A DNA stretch of 64,000 nucleotides from Octopus vulgaris (lineage: Eukaryota). Each line of letters begins with the position of its first letter. Positions within the stretch are counted from its first letter, which is position 1. The position numbers and the translations under genes were made by a program. Where the stretch lies: NCBI GenBank assembly GCA_951406725.2, contig OX597815.1, forward strand, positions 78,492,001 to 78,556,000, written 5' to 3'. The notes under the pieces were generated by a model that was not told the origin of the DNA, did no database searches, and saw only the letters and a program-made list of their open reading frames with translations. This document shows positions 25,895 through 39,082 of this stretch, one piece after another.

Positions 25895-26111
25895 TGCGGA
25901 GGTGCTGAAATGTTCCTGGCTTTAAGGGTATCGTGAAAGGCCTGGTAGGGGGTCCAACTTTCCGAGTTCTTTTACAGGACTTAGAAAAACTGAAGAACCG
26001 CTGCAATAAGTGTGTGAACCTGAGAGGGTAATATGTTGAATAAAATCATAATTAACTGATCCTCCTGTATTTTCTTTTACCCAAAGCCAGGAACTTTTCA
26101 GCAACCTCTCG
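25895..26111 (+). mobile_element. Mariner-derived MITE (internal deletion derivative)
   Basis: TIRs are GGTGCTGAAATGTTCCTGGCTTT and AAAGCCAGGAACTTTTCAGCAACC, with TA flanks. The interior encodes LEKLKNRCNKCVNLRG*YVE*, the mariner C-terminal RWxKCxxxxGxYVE motif. Confidence 0.85.
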
Positions 26112-27154
26112 TATCCGTTTTATAGTGTTAGAACAATTGATTTTGGGGGTGGAGGTGGTAACAGTTGGGATTTCAAGCTCAGAACGTAAAGATCCTCAAC
26201 AAATATTGTAAAACAATTTTTTAATACTCTCTCACGATTCAACCGGTTCGCCGCCCTCTGTAACAATATTTCTGTCTAATTTTGGCACAATGGAAATAAT
26301 CTTAGGGGCAAGCGAAATCGATAACATCATTTCCAATGCTCAACTGGTACTTATTTCAACCCCGAAAGGATGAAAGGAAACGTTAACCTCAGCGGAATTT
26401 GAACTCAGTATAAAGTGTCGGACGAAATGCTACAAAGCAATGTGTCCGACGTGCCAACGACTCTGCCATTCATCCACCCTTTGATAATTGTTTCTGATTT
26501 TGATACAAGGCCAGCAATAGGTCCCCGGTCTGAGAAGAGTCTTGGTAGGCTTGCAAAGAAGGGACACTGGAATTTGTGTCCTTCCTCCTCTGACTGAGCC
26601 TTACAAAATGGACACATTTTATCCTACAACATTTTATACCAAATTTTCTGTTTTCAACCTAGCTCTCAGGAATATGCAACAAATTACCTAGAAGTGTTGC
26701 CTTCGTTGGACTGATGTTCAATCCAATGGGAGAAGTTTATATATTTCATCTGTTTAACGCCAGGAAACCGGACCTAATCACCAGTTTGTATAACACCTTG
26801 ATATAGGATCCAACAAGGAAGATTCTATGCAGTGGATCAACAAGCTCAAAAATAGCAAGCCAATTTCCCTCAAGTCACACTTTAGTGTCTTTAAAATAGG
26901 AAGAACACACAAGATAATGCAATCCTATAGATAGTATTCCTGAAAGGATCAAATGGTTACGGCTAGAACAAATTTTATCAGAGGCTTACTGGATAAGACT
27001 AAACAACAGCGGTAACAGCAACGATTCGACGCTTAGAAGATAGCCAAGATAAATCTAATATTTAAACAATATTAGAGATGATCAACCGAAAATATAAATC
27101 TTCAGTATTGAACTAATTCATTCAATTATTCTTTCGCACCTTCATTTAATTATT

Positions 27155-27553
27155 TTTTTATTATTTATGCGCCATTTTCAAGCCTAGCCAGACTCATAGG
27201 CCCGGTTTCCCGGTTTCTGTGACGTATGTGTTCCCCCCGGCTGGACGGGACGCCAGTCCATCGCAGCGTTACTCAAGAAACAGGAAGAGAGAGTGAGAGA
27301 AAGTTGGGGTTAAAGAGTACAACAGGGGTTGCCACCACTCCCTGCTAGAGCCTTGTGGAGCTTTTAGGTGTTTTCGCTCAATAAACACACACAACGCCCG
27401 GTCTGAGAATCGAAACCGCAATGAAACAAGACTGAACGTAGAACACTTAGTTGTTTAGTCGTAAGTTAACTTTGATCAAGCAGATGTGAGCCGATATTGA
27501 TCTCATCATGTGTCGATGAGATCAATATAACCACTGGGCCATTGCGCCTCCAC
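27155..27553 (-). mobile_element. SINE family C variant with 12-bp TSD and a templated insertion in its tRNA head
   Basis: TSD CATTTAATTATT at 27143-27154 and 27554-27565. The head matches 1021-1410, but the 3' module differs and there is foreign sequence at 27419-27528. Confidence 0.9.
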
Positions 27554-27569
27554 CATTTAATTATTAGCT

Positions 27570-28003
27570 AATCAATTATTAAATTAAGTCAATCATCCAT
27601 CCATTCAGTCAGCCAATCATTCATTTTATTTATTCATTAAGTTAATCAATTGATAGTTCGTTTGTCGAATCATTTCGTCATTTAATCATTCGATCATTTC
27701 TTCATTCAATCATTCAAAAAATCCTTCACACAATCATTTAATCATTTCAATCAGGTTATCATTCGTTTAATCAATTGCTCATTCAAACACTATTCATTCA
27801 AACATTCATTCAAAGTAAAAAGCTCAACTGTTCATTCATTCAGTGTTTTAAGCATTTATTAAATCATTCAAGCAACCAATCGATCATTCAATCAATAAAA
27901 CATTTATTCAACCTTTATAAATCAATCATTCAGTCGATAAAACATGTAATCGATCAATCATTCATGCAATCAAGCATTCACTCAATCATTTACTAAATCA
28001 TTA
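27570..28003. repeat. Degenerate (TCAA/TCAT)n low-complexity tract
   Basis: Direct reading. Confidence 0.75.
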
Positions 28004-28904
28004 AAAGTAAAGGATATCGACACATGATGAGATCAATATAGGCTCACATCTGCTTGATCAAAGTTAACTTAGGACCAAACAACTAAGTGTTCTACGATCA
28101 GTCTTGTTTCATTGTCTACAAAAGCAAAAAAGAAATATGAAATGAGAAAATTTAATGTTAAGAATAGTTTAGAATGGCTTGGGTTTTGTTTTTTGTTTTG
28201 TTCCTTTAACTGATTTTTTATTTAGCTTTTAGTCTGTGGAACCGAATTTTTTGTCTGTAAGTTTGAACATAGAAACGGTGGAGTAATTAATTCCCCAACT
28301 GAATAGGAACTAGGAAGGCAGTTTAGATTTTGTATGTATATTGGTGGGGCGTTCTGCTCCGTCTGTTATGGATATTTGCTGGCTTTCATGCTTTACGGAA
28401 GCATTGCTGCGGCTGCTGTTATTGCAATTGTTTTTTGTTGTTGTTGTTAATTGGGGTGATGGTGGTGGTGGTGGTAGTTGGAAATGATTGTGATGTTGTA
28501 GGCAATGATTGTGGTGGTTGTGATAATAGTGATATTGATGGTGATTATAGTAAAGGTAGTGATGGTGGTAGTGGTGGCGACGGCGACGGATGTGACGGCG
28601 GCGATGGTAGTTATAACTATATGGTGACGGCGGTGGTAGCTATGTTGGTGATGTCATGGTTGTCTTCTTTCCTCTCAGAAGATGCAAACCCTTCATATTA
28701 ATTTTCTCAGCAGTGAGTCAGACTCCATGTTTGTTGTTGATGTTCTGAATGTTTCAGACACGAAACATCTGGCGGGGGTGACGCCAGAAATAGAAACGGC
28801 AGTTAAAATGTGCGGCGGGGGTGATGCCCGAAATAGAGACGGCGATGATAAAACAACAGTAAAAATATAGTTCCCATAGGTAGTTAAGAAAGAATATAGT
28901 ACCA

Positions 28905-29093
28905 TAGGTAGATAAGAGGCGGCGACTAGTTGATTACACCACCCCAGTATTTCACTGGTATTTAATATATCGACCCTGAAAGGATGAGAGCCAAAGTCGA
29001 TTTCGGCGGAATTAGAACTCAGAATGTGAAGACGGACGAAATACCACAAGGCATTTTGTCTGGCATGCTAACGATTCCGCCCGCTCACCGCCT
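28905..29093 (-). mobile_element. SINE family B copy
   Basis: ATCGACCCTGAAAGGATGAGAGCCAAAGTCGA...GAACTCAGAA...GCTCACCGCC. Confidence 0.82.
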
Positions 29094-31070
29094 TTGAGGC
29101 ACCTTATAATAACAACTAGAATTCCTTTATTGGTTACAAGGGTCTAAACCTATACAAAGCATGCTATACAGAAAGGTTGGAAAAACTTGTGCTGTACTTA
29201 CACAATAAACCGTGGATGGGGCAAAATTTTTATACAGCATAGCAGATAAGTAAAAACTAAATTAGTAGACAAACGAAGATACCTCTCAGTAAACTGGTGA
29301 GTAACCGTCATCGAGAGACAATCGGGGTGTCTACTTTACGATTCTGATTATCTTTTACTCTGGGTATTCCTTGCACTTTCCCAACTGTATTTCGAATCTT
29401 CCGAATTCCCCCTAAACCCATTTGTTGGATCGAATCACAAAGTTTCCCATATGCCCTGAAGCAGGGATATTAGTTGTTGATAGAATGTTAGTGTTACCAA
29501 ACTCTCTCGTCTCAGGATTTGGGTGTTCGTCCTTTACTTCGCCCTCGGCCAACAGAGTATGTTATACCCTGTTTTAGCATTTTCGCCAGTTTCTTCAAAC
29601 TCTTAATTATTATTTCGGAGATCCTTGAAGTCCAACCAATGTGGGCAGTAAAGTGCCTTCCCAATAAGATTTTCACCACCCCCACTTCTTTTCTTGAAGG
29701 AACGTAACCTAGCAGTTAAAGGGTTGCGATTACAATCATAACGCATGAAACCAGCCTGTCATCTCGCCCCATCTTCTGTTTTAATCAACAGCCAAACATT
29801 TCCATATACTCTGCCCGTTTCGAAGGAGCATAAACCCTGCCACTCATCAATTAGGGACCCTGTAATTTCTCTTTCGAGGGTACATCACATTCTCCCTGTT
29901 GATTGCATAAAATAGATATATGACTTCTCTCTTTGCTCTTTTATGATTAAATCCTCAGTTAGGGAGGCACTTTATCTATCTATTTATCTGTCTAGACTGA
30001 CAGAGCCCGGTTTACATTCTTTTATATCAGAGACACTGATGTATATATTTTATTTGTGAGTTAAAAAAGTAAAAAGGTAATCGATGGTTTCATGTGAAGA
30101 CATCTTCACAATTGTTAAAGTCTGCCACAAGGAAGTGCTGGTACACGTCTCCATTTTTAAAGGTGGTGGGAGCAAACTGATGTGCTGCCTCGGGTGACAT
30201 CACTCTAGTTACACCACTGCTCCAGCATTAGCATCTAATTTGAATTTTTAGGAAATGAAGGCAACGAAGATAGGCATGAATCTTTCATTTAAAAGTAACT
30301 CATGTAAGTAACGGAGATGTTTCGTTCTTGATAGATCTCGTCAGTGAGGCACATTTCCCATGTCTCCCTGTTATGTACGTTAGATACACGTATGTTTAAA
30401 TGACCATCATGATTCCATCAAAATTCAGTTGGTAAGACAGTAACGGTGTTAGTACAGAATAGTTACAATATAATGAAACATCCAGCATCAAGCATATGTT
30501 TATGGTAATGTATATTTGAAATATATTAACATGCACTTTCCTATGGATAACTATAAATTTATAAGTTGGTATGTACGTGCATATTTATGTGTATGATATT
30601 TTGGATGTTCAGTGCCAGGTCAATTTTAATCGAGTAGATCTATTATGAAAGGGACTCCATTTTCTTAGGACTACACTATCTAAAGTGCTCGTTTCTTTTT
30701 AAAATGGACAAGTTCAATTTTGAGGATGATCTGGCTGTTATTTCTAGAAGAGTGAGTGACTACATAACAGCTTCTTCGTGAATACATTTGTATGTGTATG
30801 CGAACTGTTGCTTGTTCTATGTGTATCTGACACCCTATACTTATAAACGGTGTTTCTAAAGTACGATACAAGTCTCTCTCAGTTTCTCCCTCTCTCTATC
30901 TCTCTCTCTCTGTATGCGATGATGAAGAATTGGAAAAAGGCATCAAATATTAATGTCCATGGAGAAAGTTGAAAGACGCTTAATGTACTGAAAGAATTTT
31001 ACGTGTCATATATATAAGAGAGACAAAGAGGCAAAGATGCAGACAGACAGACACTCAGAAAGGTAGGCAG

Positions 31071-31111
<41 letters not shown>

Positions 31112-32137
31112 TGAAAGAAATCTGGGGGAAAAAATGAAAGACGAAGTTGAATGAAAAGAAAGAAGAAATGCAAATAGTAAGAGTAGGTGACGATAGGGAC
31201 ATGGGAAAAATAAAGTCTAAAACATTAGTAATGAGCAGACAGGGGGAGGTAATTTGACAGCAATAAAAGTGGAGCAAGACAAAGAAAGAATTCTTCAAAT
31301 GGAAGAAATTTGAGTGAGTGAAGGTGGGAGGTGAACTGAATATGGAATGGCATGAAGGGAACAGGAAGATTAAAAAAAAAAAAAAGAAGTCTATGGTAGT
31401 GGGTAGCAGTGGCTGAAAGAAAGGATAATAAATGTAAACGGTAGTAACCAAATATTATAGCAAGCAGTTTGACAGGAGCATATAGAGAACTCGTGAGCGG
31501 GAAAAAAAGCAACCAAAAAATACGATGGGTGCTGGAAGGTAGAAATTAGAGAGAAACATACTAGGCAGATGGTATTTGACACCGTATGCTGCAAAGATAA
31601 ACAAGAAACTGCTCCACACACAGACACACACACACACACACACTATAATTACATTGACCCTACAATAAATTATTATTTTCTTTTTAAAATAAATAAGTTT
31701 TATTATTTTAAAAGTTCCAACTATTTGGCGGTGGCCACGCTGGGACATTCTTTTTTATAGTCGAAGATATGTTTTCTTCATCAGAGATCAGAATAATCTA
31801 GAATTGCAGCTACCAGAATCTTTATGTAGCATTAGGTTGTCAGATAAATTCGTTCGTTTTTGCTTTGTTGTTTTTTGTCGGGGAGGTTTTTCCCTGCTTG
31901 GTACGCGTCAGCATATGTCTGAAAAGAGATTAAAATTTATTCAAGTTTCAAAAACGATAAACAAAAGTTGTAGAGGGAAAATAGAGCTATAAAAATCATA
32001 AAACAACTACGATAAAAATATTTTTCGTGTTCATTCAAATATCACTGGAAAGGATTAAAAATAACGGGGTGGGGGGAGAATGAACAAATGTATCTGACCA
32101 CACAATATACTTCAAAAGCAATATATATCTATATATA

Positions 32138-32370
32138 TCTATTTCTTTACTACCCACAAGGGGCTAAACACAGAGAGGACAAACAAGGACAGACAAACGG
32201 ATTAAATCGATTACATAGACCCCAGTGCGTAACTGGTACTTAATTTATCGACCCCGAAAGGATGAAAGGCAAAGTCGACCTCGGCGAATTTGAACTCAGA
32301 ACGTAACGGCAGACGAAATACGGCTACGCATTTCGCCCGGCGTGCTAACGTTTCTGCCAGCTCGCCGCCT
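32138..32370 (-). mobile_element. SINE family B, full-length young copy (central domain resembles Meta-type SINE core)
   Basis: The minus strand reads GGCGGCGAGCTGGCAGAAACGTTAGCAC...GAGTTCAAATTC...GTCGACTTTGCCTTTCATCCTTTCGGGGTCGATAAATTAAGTACC...GTAAAGAAATAG. The superfamily assignment is from memory and unverified. Confidence 0.88.
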
Positions 32371-33310
32371 TATTGCAAGATATATGTCGGCTACGAACGT
32401 TCAAAGAAAGTTTGTGCGTGGTCATTAGACTGACTAGAAAAAGCAGCTAAATTTATCTGATATTACAACTTACAGACTTAAAATTATTGTAACAAATTTT
32501 AAACTGAATCGCTGGAGTTATTTCATTTTTTTTTCCAGAAAAATGTTTTTAAAAAAGTTATAAAGGTTTAAAATTTGATCATTTTCACCCAGTCAGGAAA
32601 CCAGATTTGGAAGATGTCATTTTGTGCGTCACTGCACATTTTGTCGTCAATATCCTGAAAATAGCACGTGTTGTCAATATTTGTAAACACCACGTGTTAT
32701 GTCTCCGGCAACTTTCTTTCATGTTAATAAACGTTTATGTTGATTTAAAAATTTTCATGCAAAATCTTATAAAATGACAATGTTCCTAAAGATGTACATG
32801 TTTATATATTATATATGAAATTAAGAGTGAAAATATGGTTTAAAGCAAACATTTAAGCATGCAATAAGCAACACATTACAAAATATTTTTGATTGAATGT
32901 ATTTCTAACTTTCAGTTTTAATTATAAAAATATCCTCCTCTGTTTTCAATGTTTCCATAATAGAAGCGAAGTTACTGGAGCTTGCTACCATAATCACATA
33001 GAACACAGCGTCAAAATTGTCAACACGTTCTTCCTCGCAGATAAAAGACTTTTCAAAGACTCTTAGTATGGCAACAGACAAAAGTGTTCTCATCCTCTGC
33101 TTCTTACTATCGAAACAGGCATGAATGTGTCTGTGGCTTACGATTGGCGGAAATGACCAAAATTTTCAAACTTTCATAACTAACTTTTCATTTATTGATT
33201 TATAGCGAAAATTACTTTCACGTCATTAATCAGCTTATAAAAGTGTATCATTACACTGAATATGAAATCAATTCGAACATAATTGATGTTGGCAGCCAAA
33301 CCGACAAGAT

Positions 33311-33359
<49 letters not shown>

Positions 33360-33946
33360 TCCTGGTGATGGCCGGTTTATGGGGTTACACTGGATTTACC
33401 GTCCATAAAGGGTTTAACTTTATGGCGTGTCTTCAGATCCCAAGACCTGTTGGCCTATGACTTCTTTAAAATATGAAGGGGAATGGCTGTCGACTTCCAG
33501 CTGTGCTGCCATCGATCAGTTATAAGGGTAAACAATAGGGGATTACCTCCCGCTCTTGTTAGACAGCAACTTCTGGTGGTTCTCAAAAAGGCTAGAAGAA
33601 ATCTAAAATGCAGACATGGCACTAAAGTCTCCGTTCTGGAGTGAAGCATAGCCCCTGGCTAAAGTGAGTCCCTTAGGATTCTCTTGCATAGCTTACAGCA
33701 TTTCATCCCGTTAATGTAGGGACCTGGGTATTCGAGGATTTTCTACGAGATCGAGTGTGGAACTCGATTGTTTGATTTATAAACGATACATATCCACTTA
33801 TATAAGTCTCTTCAGAGCTTTGGTTTATAGACAGACGAAATTCCGTGTGAAAGGACGGATGGATTGTGAAAAAATTAATTGAAATACATTTGAATTAATT
33901 TCATATTATATTATATTAATTTATTTGCCAACATAACGTGGCAGTC

Positions 33947-34115
33947 CTATACAAGGACGATGTTACTGATTTTTAATTGCCAAATATGGATGGCCAGTGA
34001 TGTTATGTATCTCCTTTCCGGGACTCTGAAGGAGGATCCATGGTTGGAAAAATGTTTCTTGAATGAATTTTCGGTACAACCAATATATTTCCATGAACAC
34101 GCGCTGTCGTTGGTG
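33947..34115 (-). mobile_element. Penelope-like element GIY-YIG endonuclease fragment
   Basis: KYIGCTENSFKKHFSNHGSSFR....YITSLAIHIWQLK matches the PLE YIGxTExxFKxRxxNHxxSF...TxLSxHIWxLK motif. Confidence 0.85.
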
Positions 34116-34119
34116 TACC

Positions 34120-34392
34120 TATTATTGTTCTTGTTGCCCCTGCTGCTGTTGTTGTTGTTGCTGCTGCTGCTGCTACTGTTGTTGCTGCTGTTGCGGTTGT
34201 TGTAGTTGTGACTACTGATATCGTTGCTGCCGTTGCTGCTTCTGCCGTTGCTGCTTCTGACGATGTTGTTGTTGCTGCTGCTGTTGATGTTGTTGCCGCT
34301 GTTGATGCTGTTGATATTGTTGATGCTGATGATATTGCTGCTGATGTTGGAGCTGGTGCTGCTGGTGTTGGTGCCGCCAGAGGTGGTGGTTA
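34120..34392. repeat. Degenerate (TGC/TGT/TGA)n trinucleotide tract
   Basis: Direct reading. Confidence 0.9.
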
Positions 34393-35190
34393 CGTCCCAC
34401 TCACTGCGCGGTCTCTTCGGCAAGCATCCTCCATAATAGCCCCGGGCCGGCGAATGCCTTGTCAATGAATGTGCTAGACGTGGAAACTGTATGGAAGCCC
34501 GTCATATATATATATAGCCCGGGGCTATAGTGGAGGACGCTTGCCGAAGAGACCAAGCAGTGGGTGGGACTGAATCCAAAACTGCATGGTTTCAAAGTGA
34601 ATTTCTTAACCGCACAGCCATGACATATCGCAGATACTTCGTCCAAATCTCCAAGAACTCTGCTAGCCCATCTCCTCAGTGAAGGGCCAAACTGGAGCTA
34701 AACACTAATAATTCTCTCGAAGTTTTAGTTCACCATTTCGTCTGCTTTTAATGTGTAATTTAACCAAAGTTACGAAACCAGACTACCGCAGTAGCTGTTT
34801 TTAGCTATCAATGAACGGTTTAGTTTCTTTGCTTTGTCTGAATTCTATCTGCGATCGTAAGTTGATCATAAAAGGGTTATCGTTATTTTATGATTCTTTG
34901 TAACCTTTCCAAGCAGTTATCTCATACGTATATATATATCAAACAGATCTCATTCTTGAATTAAATTCCACTCTTTTATTGCTCTGAGGTAATTCCCATA
35001 TACTAAATTTAACATTTCTACCTGTTGCCAACTTAATATACCACCCCAATAAATACTCGAAGTAAGGGAATATCTACGTAGTGGTTCGGCCTGCAAGAAA
35101 TGGCAACCAACTCCCTTCCAAATTATACGCTATTGTCTCAAAAAAAAAAAAAAGCATGCATTGTACAAAGTAGATTTTGATATATAAAAG

Positions 35191-35335
35191 GGGCGGAATG
35201 GTCATGGCTGGAACGCTTTTGACCCGTAGATCTGCGCATTCAGGGCTGACTTGTGGCTTGTTAAACAAAAATCAACTGAAGGTGGTGTCCCAACATTGAT
35301 CACAGTCAAATGATTGAAACTAGAGAAAGAATAAG

Positions 35336-35395
<60 letters not shown>

Positions 35396-35445
35396 CTTCA
35401 ATACTTCTAATGCTTTTGATATGTTTATATTTATATATATATGTT

Positions 35446-35534
<89 letters not shown>

Positions 35535-35748
35535 TTTGATACTTTGATAGGTTTCGGCCATTATTGGCCCAGGCCATGTCTAACTTAATAGCACCATATA
35601 TATATATTACTTATTCTTTCTCTAGTTTCAATCATTTGACTGTGATCAATGTTGGGACACCACTTGATTTTTGTTTAACAAGCCACAAGTCAGCCCTGAA
35701 TGCGCAGATCTACGGGTCAAAAGCGTTCCAGCCATGACCATTCCGCCC
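35191..35748. repeat. Local inverted duplication, ~150-bp arms around a (TA)n-rich spacer
   Basis: 35191-35350 is the reverse complement of 35596-35748, identical except for a 6-bp indel (CTGAAG). Confidence 0.95.
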
Positions 35749-35749
35749 G

Positions 35750-35848
<99 letters not shown>

Positions 35849-36096
35849 CTTTATTTATCAATTCCTTTTGCAAGATGTGAAATCGTGTGTATTTCGGGAC
35901 GGTTATGTTTTTTGGGGGGTTTTTTTTTTTGCCAAATAAACACACGTACTATATACATTTTCTTCACTCGTTTATTACTGTTCTTATTTTATTATTTTAA
36001 CCCATGTCCATTGTCCGGAAATCTTTCATCACACGTCTGTGTCCTCTTCAGCGATACTTTTCGTTATCGTGTGTACTCTTGCTCCACATACTGCAT

Positions 36097-36247
36097 GTGT
36101 TGGTGTGTTTACGTCCCCGTAACTTAGCGGTTCGGCGAAAAAGACCGATATAATGAGTACCAGGCTTTAAAAATAAGTACTAAACATTCAAGGTAGTGCC
36201 CCAGCATGGCTGCAGTCTAATAACTGAAAAAAAGTAAAAGATAAAAG

Positions 36248-36248
<1 letters not shown>
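36097..36248 (+). mobile_element. SINE family A 3' half
   Basis: TGTTGGTGTGTTTACGTCCCCGTAACTTAGCGGTTCGGC...CCAGCATGGCTGCAGTC. Confidence 0.85.
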
Positions 36249-36328
<80 letters not shown>

Positions 36329-38224
36329 TATGGTACACCCACGTGGAAAAGCAAAGCATATAATTATGTACTATACTAATACCAACATAAAAACAGAATG
36401 ACCTTTGCTGCATTAATTAGACTCCCACATCCTTTTGATATGAAATAACAAGAGGCGGCAAAAACAAAAACAGGCCAAGAAAACAAGTAAATGCCAGGTT
36501 CTGACAATAAATGGCAGTTTTGTTTTTTTTACTAAACAGGGAGAATAGGACCCCCCCCCCCTATTAGAAGGTATTTGATTCTTTGATGTGGTAGAGTAAC
36601 AATCGAATGCATGCTTATACAGCAGATACATAAAAGCGTCAACCGAGGTGGTCTGTCCCCTCGCCTTCCCCTAGCTATACTCTGAATTAAATCTCGTTGG
36701 GGTCTGATTCAGGCAACAAGTCCAACAAATTTCAGTAAGGGCAATTTGTCTATAACATCGACCCCAGTATTTGACTAGTACTTTATTTTATCGACCCCAA
36801 AAGGATGAAAGGCAGAGTTGATCTCAGCAGGATTGAATTCAGAAATGCGAGCATTTTCCTGGTGCTCTAGTAATTTTGCCAGTTTGGTGCCTTTCTGAGG
36901 TAGATAAAATAAGTGATCACTAATACTCGAATCAATGAGTGTTATGAGCCGTACCTCGTTACGAAGCCCAGGGAGCAAAAGAGGGCCCCATAAATATCTG
37001 ATAGGACCCGTCTCGCTTCATTCAAAAACAAAAAAAAAACCCTGACAGTTCGTTTAAATTTTGAGACTAGCCTCCCCCCTCCCCGACACACACACACCAC
37101 CACCACCACCACCACTACCTAGGGAGTCTGAAAACAGTCTTGTTCCACCTTACAAAACTTCTTCTAGAGGCCTTAACGATGGCGAATGTAATCGACTGTA
37201 TCCTTCCCTCAAAGTATGTGAATTAGGTGCTGCTTTGGATTGAAAGAAATATTTAAAGCGTCGGGCAGCTGTCGTATTCTTACTATTTCCTTCTTAAAAG
37301 CAATTTCCTATAGTTTGCTACTTGTCTGTCTCATATTTATTTTATGTTTTAAAAAAGCACAAGACTCGAAATTTGTGGAGAGAGGAGTCGATTATACCCA
37401 CCCTAATGCATTATTGGTACTTTTTTTATCGACCCCGAAAAGATGAAAAACAAGGTTGGCCTCGGTGTGATTTTGAACTCAGAACGTAAAGAACAAGAAC
37501 ACATACAACGAAACATTTTGACCGTCGTTTTACTAACTTTGACAGTCCCTTGTATCCTTTCTAACATGGCTGTTCCCCACCGCCACCAATTTGTTTCTAC
37601 ATATGTTCCCTATCATTTTCCTTTCCTTCCATGTCTCTTTGTTTCTGCTTTCCCACCCCTCTCTCTTTTTCTCTCGCTGCTCTTTTCAATCTATTTGCCG
37701 ATCTGTTTGTCACTGCCTTGCTTTTCTCTATATCTATTTATCTACATATCTAGCAAGTCAGCTATTTGTTTGTGTGTCTAACATGGATTTACTTCCTGAT
37801 CCTAGTAGGAAGCTGAATTTAGTCTGGAGCAACAAAGCAGACATCACTCAGTCATTTTATCCCCGAGGGGATGACCTCTGACGTCATATACTTCTGGCGG
37901 GAAAAGTAAATTTGTTGTCAAGAAAATGGATACCAAATTCGGCTTAGTAGTAGGGAGGCTAAGAGTCAGAAAGCGAGGGAGTGCACATGTTAGGGAGAGG
38001 GGAGTGGGAAAGAGGGACACGTGGGGGTAGAAGTTGAAAACAGAAGAGGAGACGGAAAAGGGTGGGGAGAGAGAAAGGATTGGCGCGTGTAAGTATGTTT
38101 GTCTGAAAAAAAAATTAACTGAGGAATACGGTTAGACAAAGAAACTAAGCGACAAAGAACGGGAAATATACTGATTTATTCTGGCAAAGTGAAGTGAGCG
38201 AGAGAGGGAGAATGAAAAGATAAT

Positions 38225-38763
38225 CAGGCGCAAGCGCGGCTGTGTGGTAAGGCGGCGAGCTGGCAGAAACGTTAGCACGTTGGGCGAAATGTTTAGCGGT
38301 ATTTCGTCTGCCGTTACGTTCTGAGTTCAAATTCCGCCGAGGTCGACTTTGCCTTTTATCCTTTCGGATTAAGTACCAGTTATGCACTGGGTCGATGTAA
38401 TCGACTTAAACCGTTTGTCTGTCCTTGTTTGTCCTCTCTGTGTTTAGCCCCTTGTGGGTAGTAAAGAAATAGGTATTTCGTCTGTCTATATGTTCTAAGT
38501 TCAAATTTCGCCGAGGTCGACTTTGCTTTCATCCTTTCGGGGTCGATAAATTAAGTACCAGTTATGCACTGGGGTCGATATAATCGCCTTAATTCGTTTG
38601 TCTGTCCTTGTTTGTCCCCTCTGTGTGTAGCCCCTTGTGAGCAGTAAAGAAAATAAGAAGCTTGCTTTGCAACCACATGGTTGGGCAAGTACCTTCTGCT
38701 ATAGCTTCGGGCCGACCAAAGCCATGTGAGTGAATTTGGAAGACGGAGACTGAAAGAAGTCTG

Positions 38764-38821
<58 letters not shown>

Positions 38822-39082
38822 CTGTGTGTGTGTGTGTGTGCGTGTGCGTGCGTGTGTGTGTGTGTGCGCGTGTGTGTTTGTCCCTCACCACCACTTGACA
38901 ACAGGTATTGGTGTGTTTACGTGTCCGTAACTTTGCGGTTTGGCAAAAGTGACGGTTAGAATAAGTACTAGACTTTAAAAGCATAAGTCCTGGAGTCGAT
39001 TTGCTCAACTAAAACCCTTCAAGGCAGTGCTCCAACATGGCCGCAGACAAATGACTGAAACAAGTAAAAGATTAAAGATAAA
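38225..39082 (+). mobile_element. SINE family A split by nested family B dimer (38251-38655)
   Basis: The head GGCTGTGTGGTAA (to 38250) resumes as TAAGAAGCTTGCTTTGCAACCACATGG at 38654. Between them lie a full B unit (38251-38472) and a 5'-truncated B unit (38473-38655). Confidence 0.9.
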
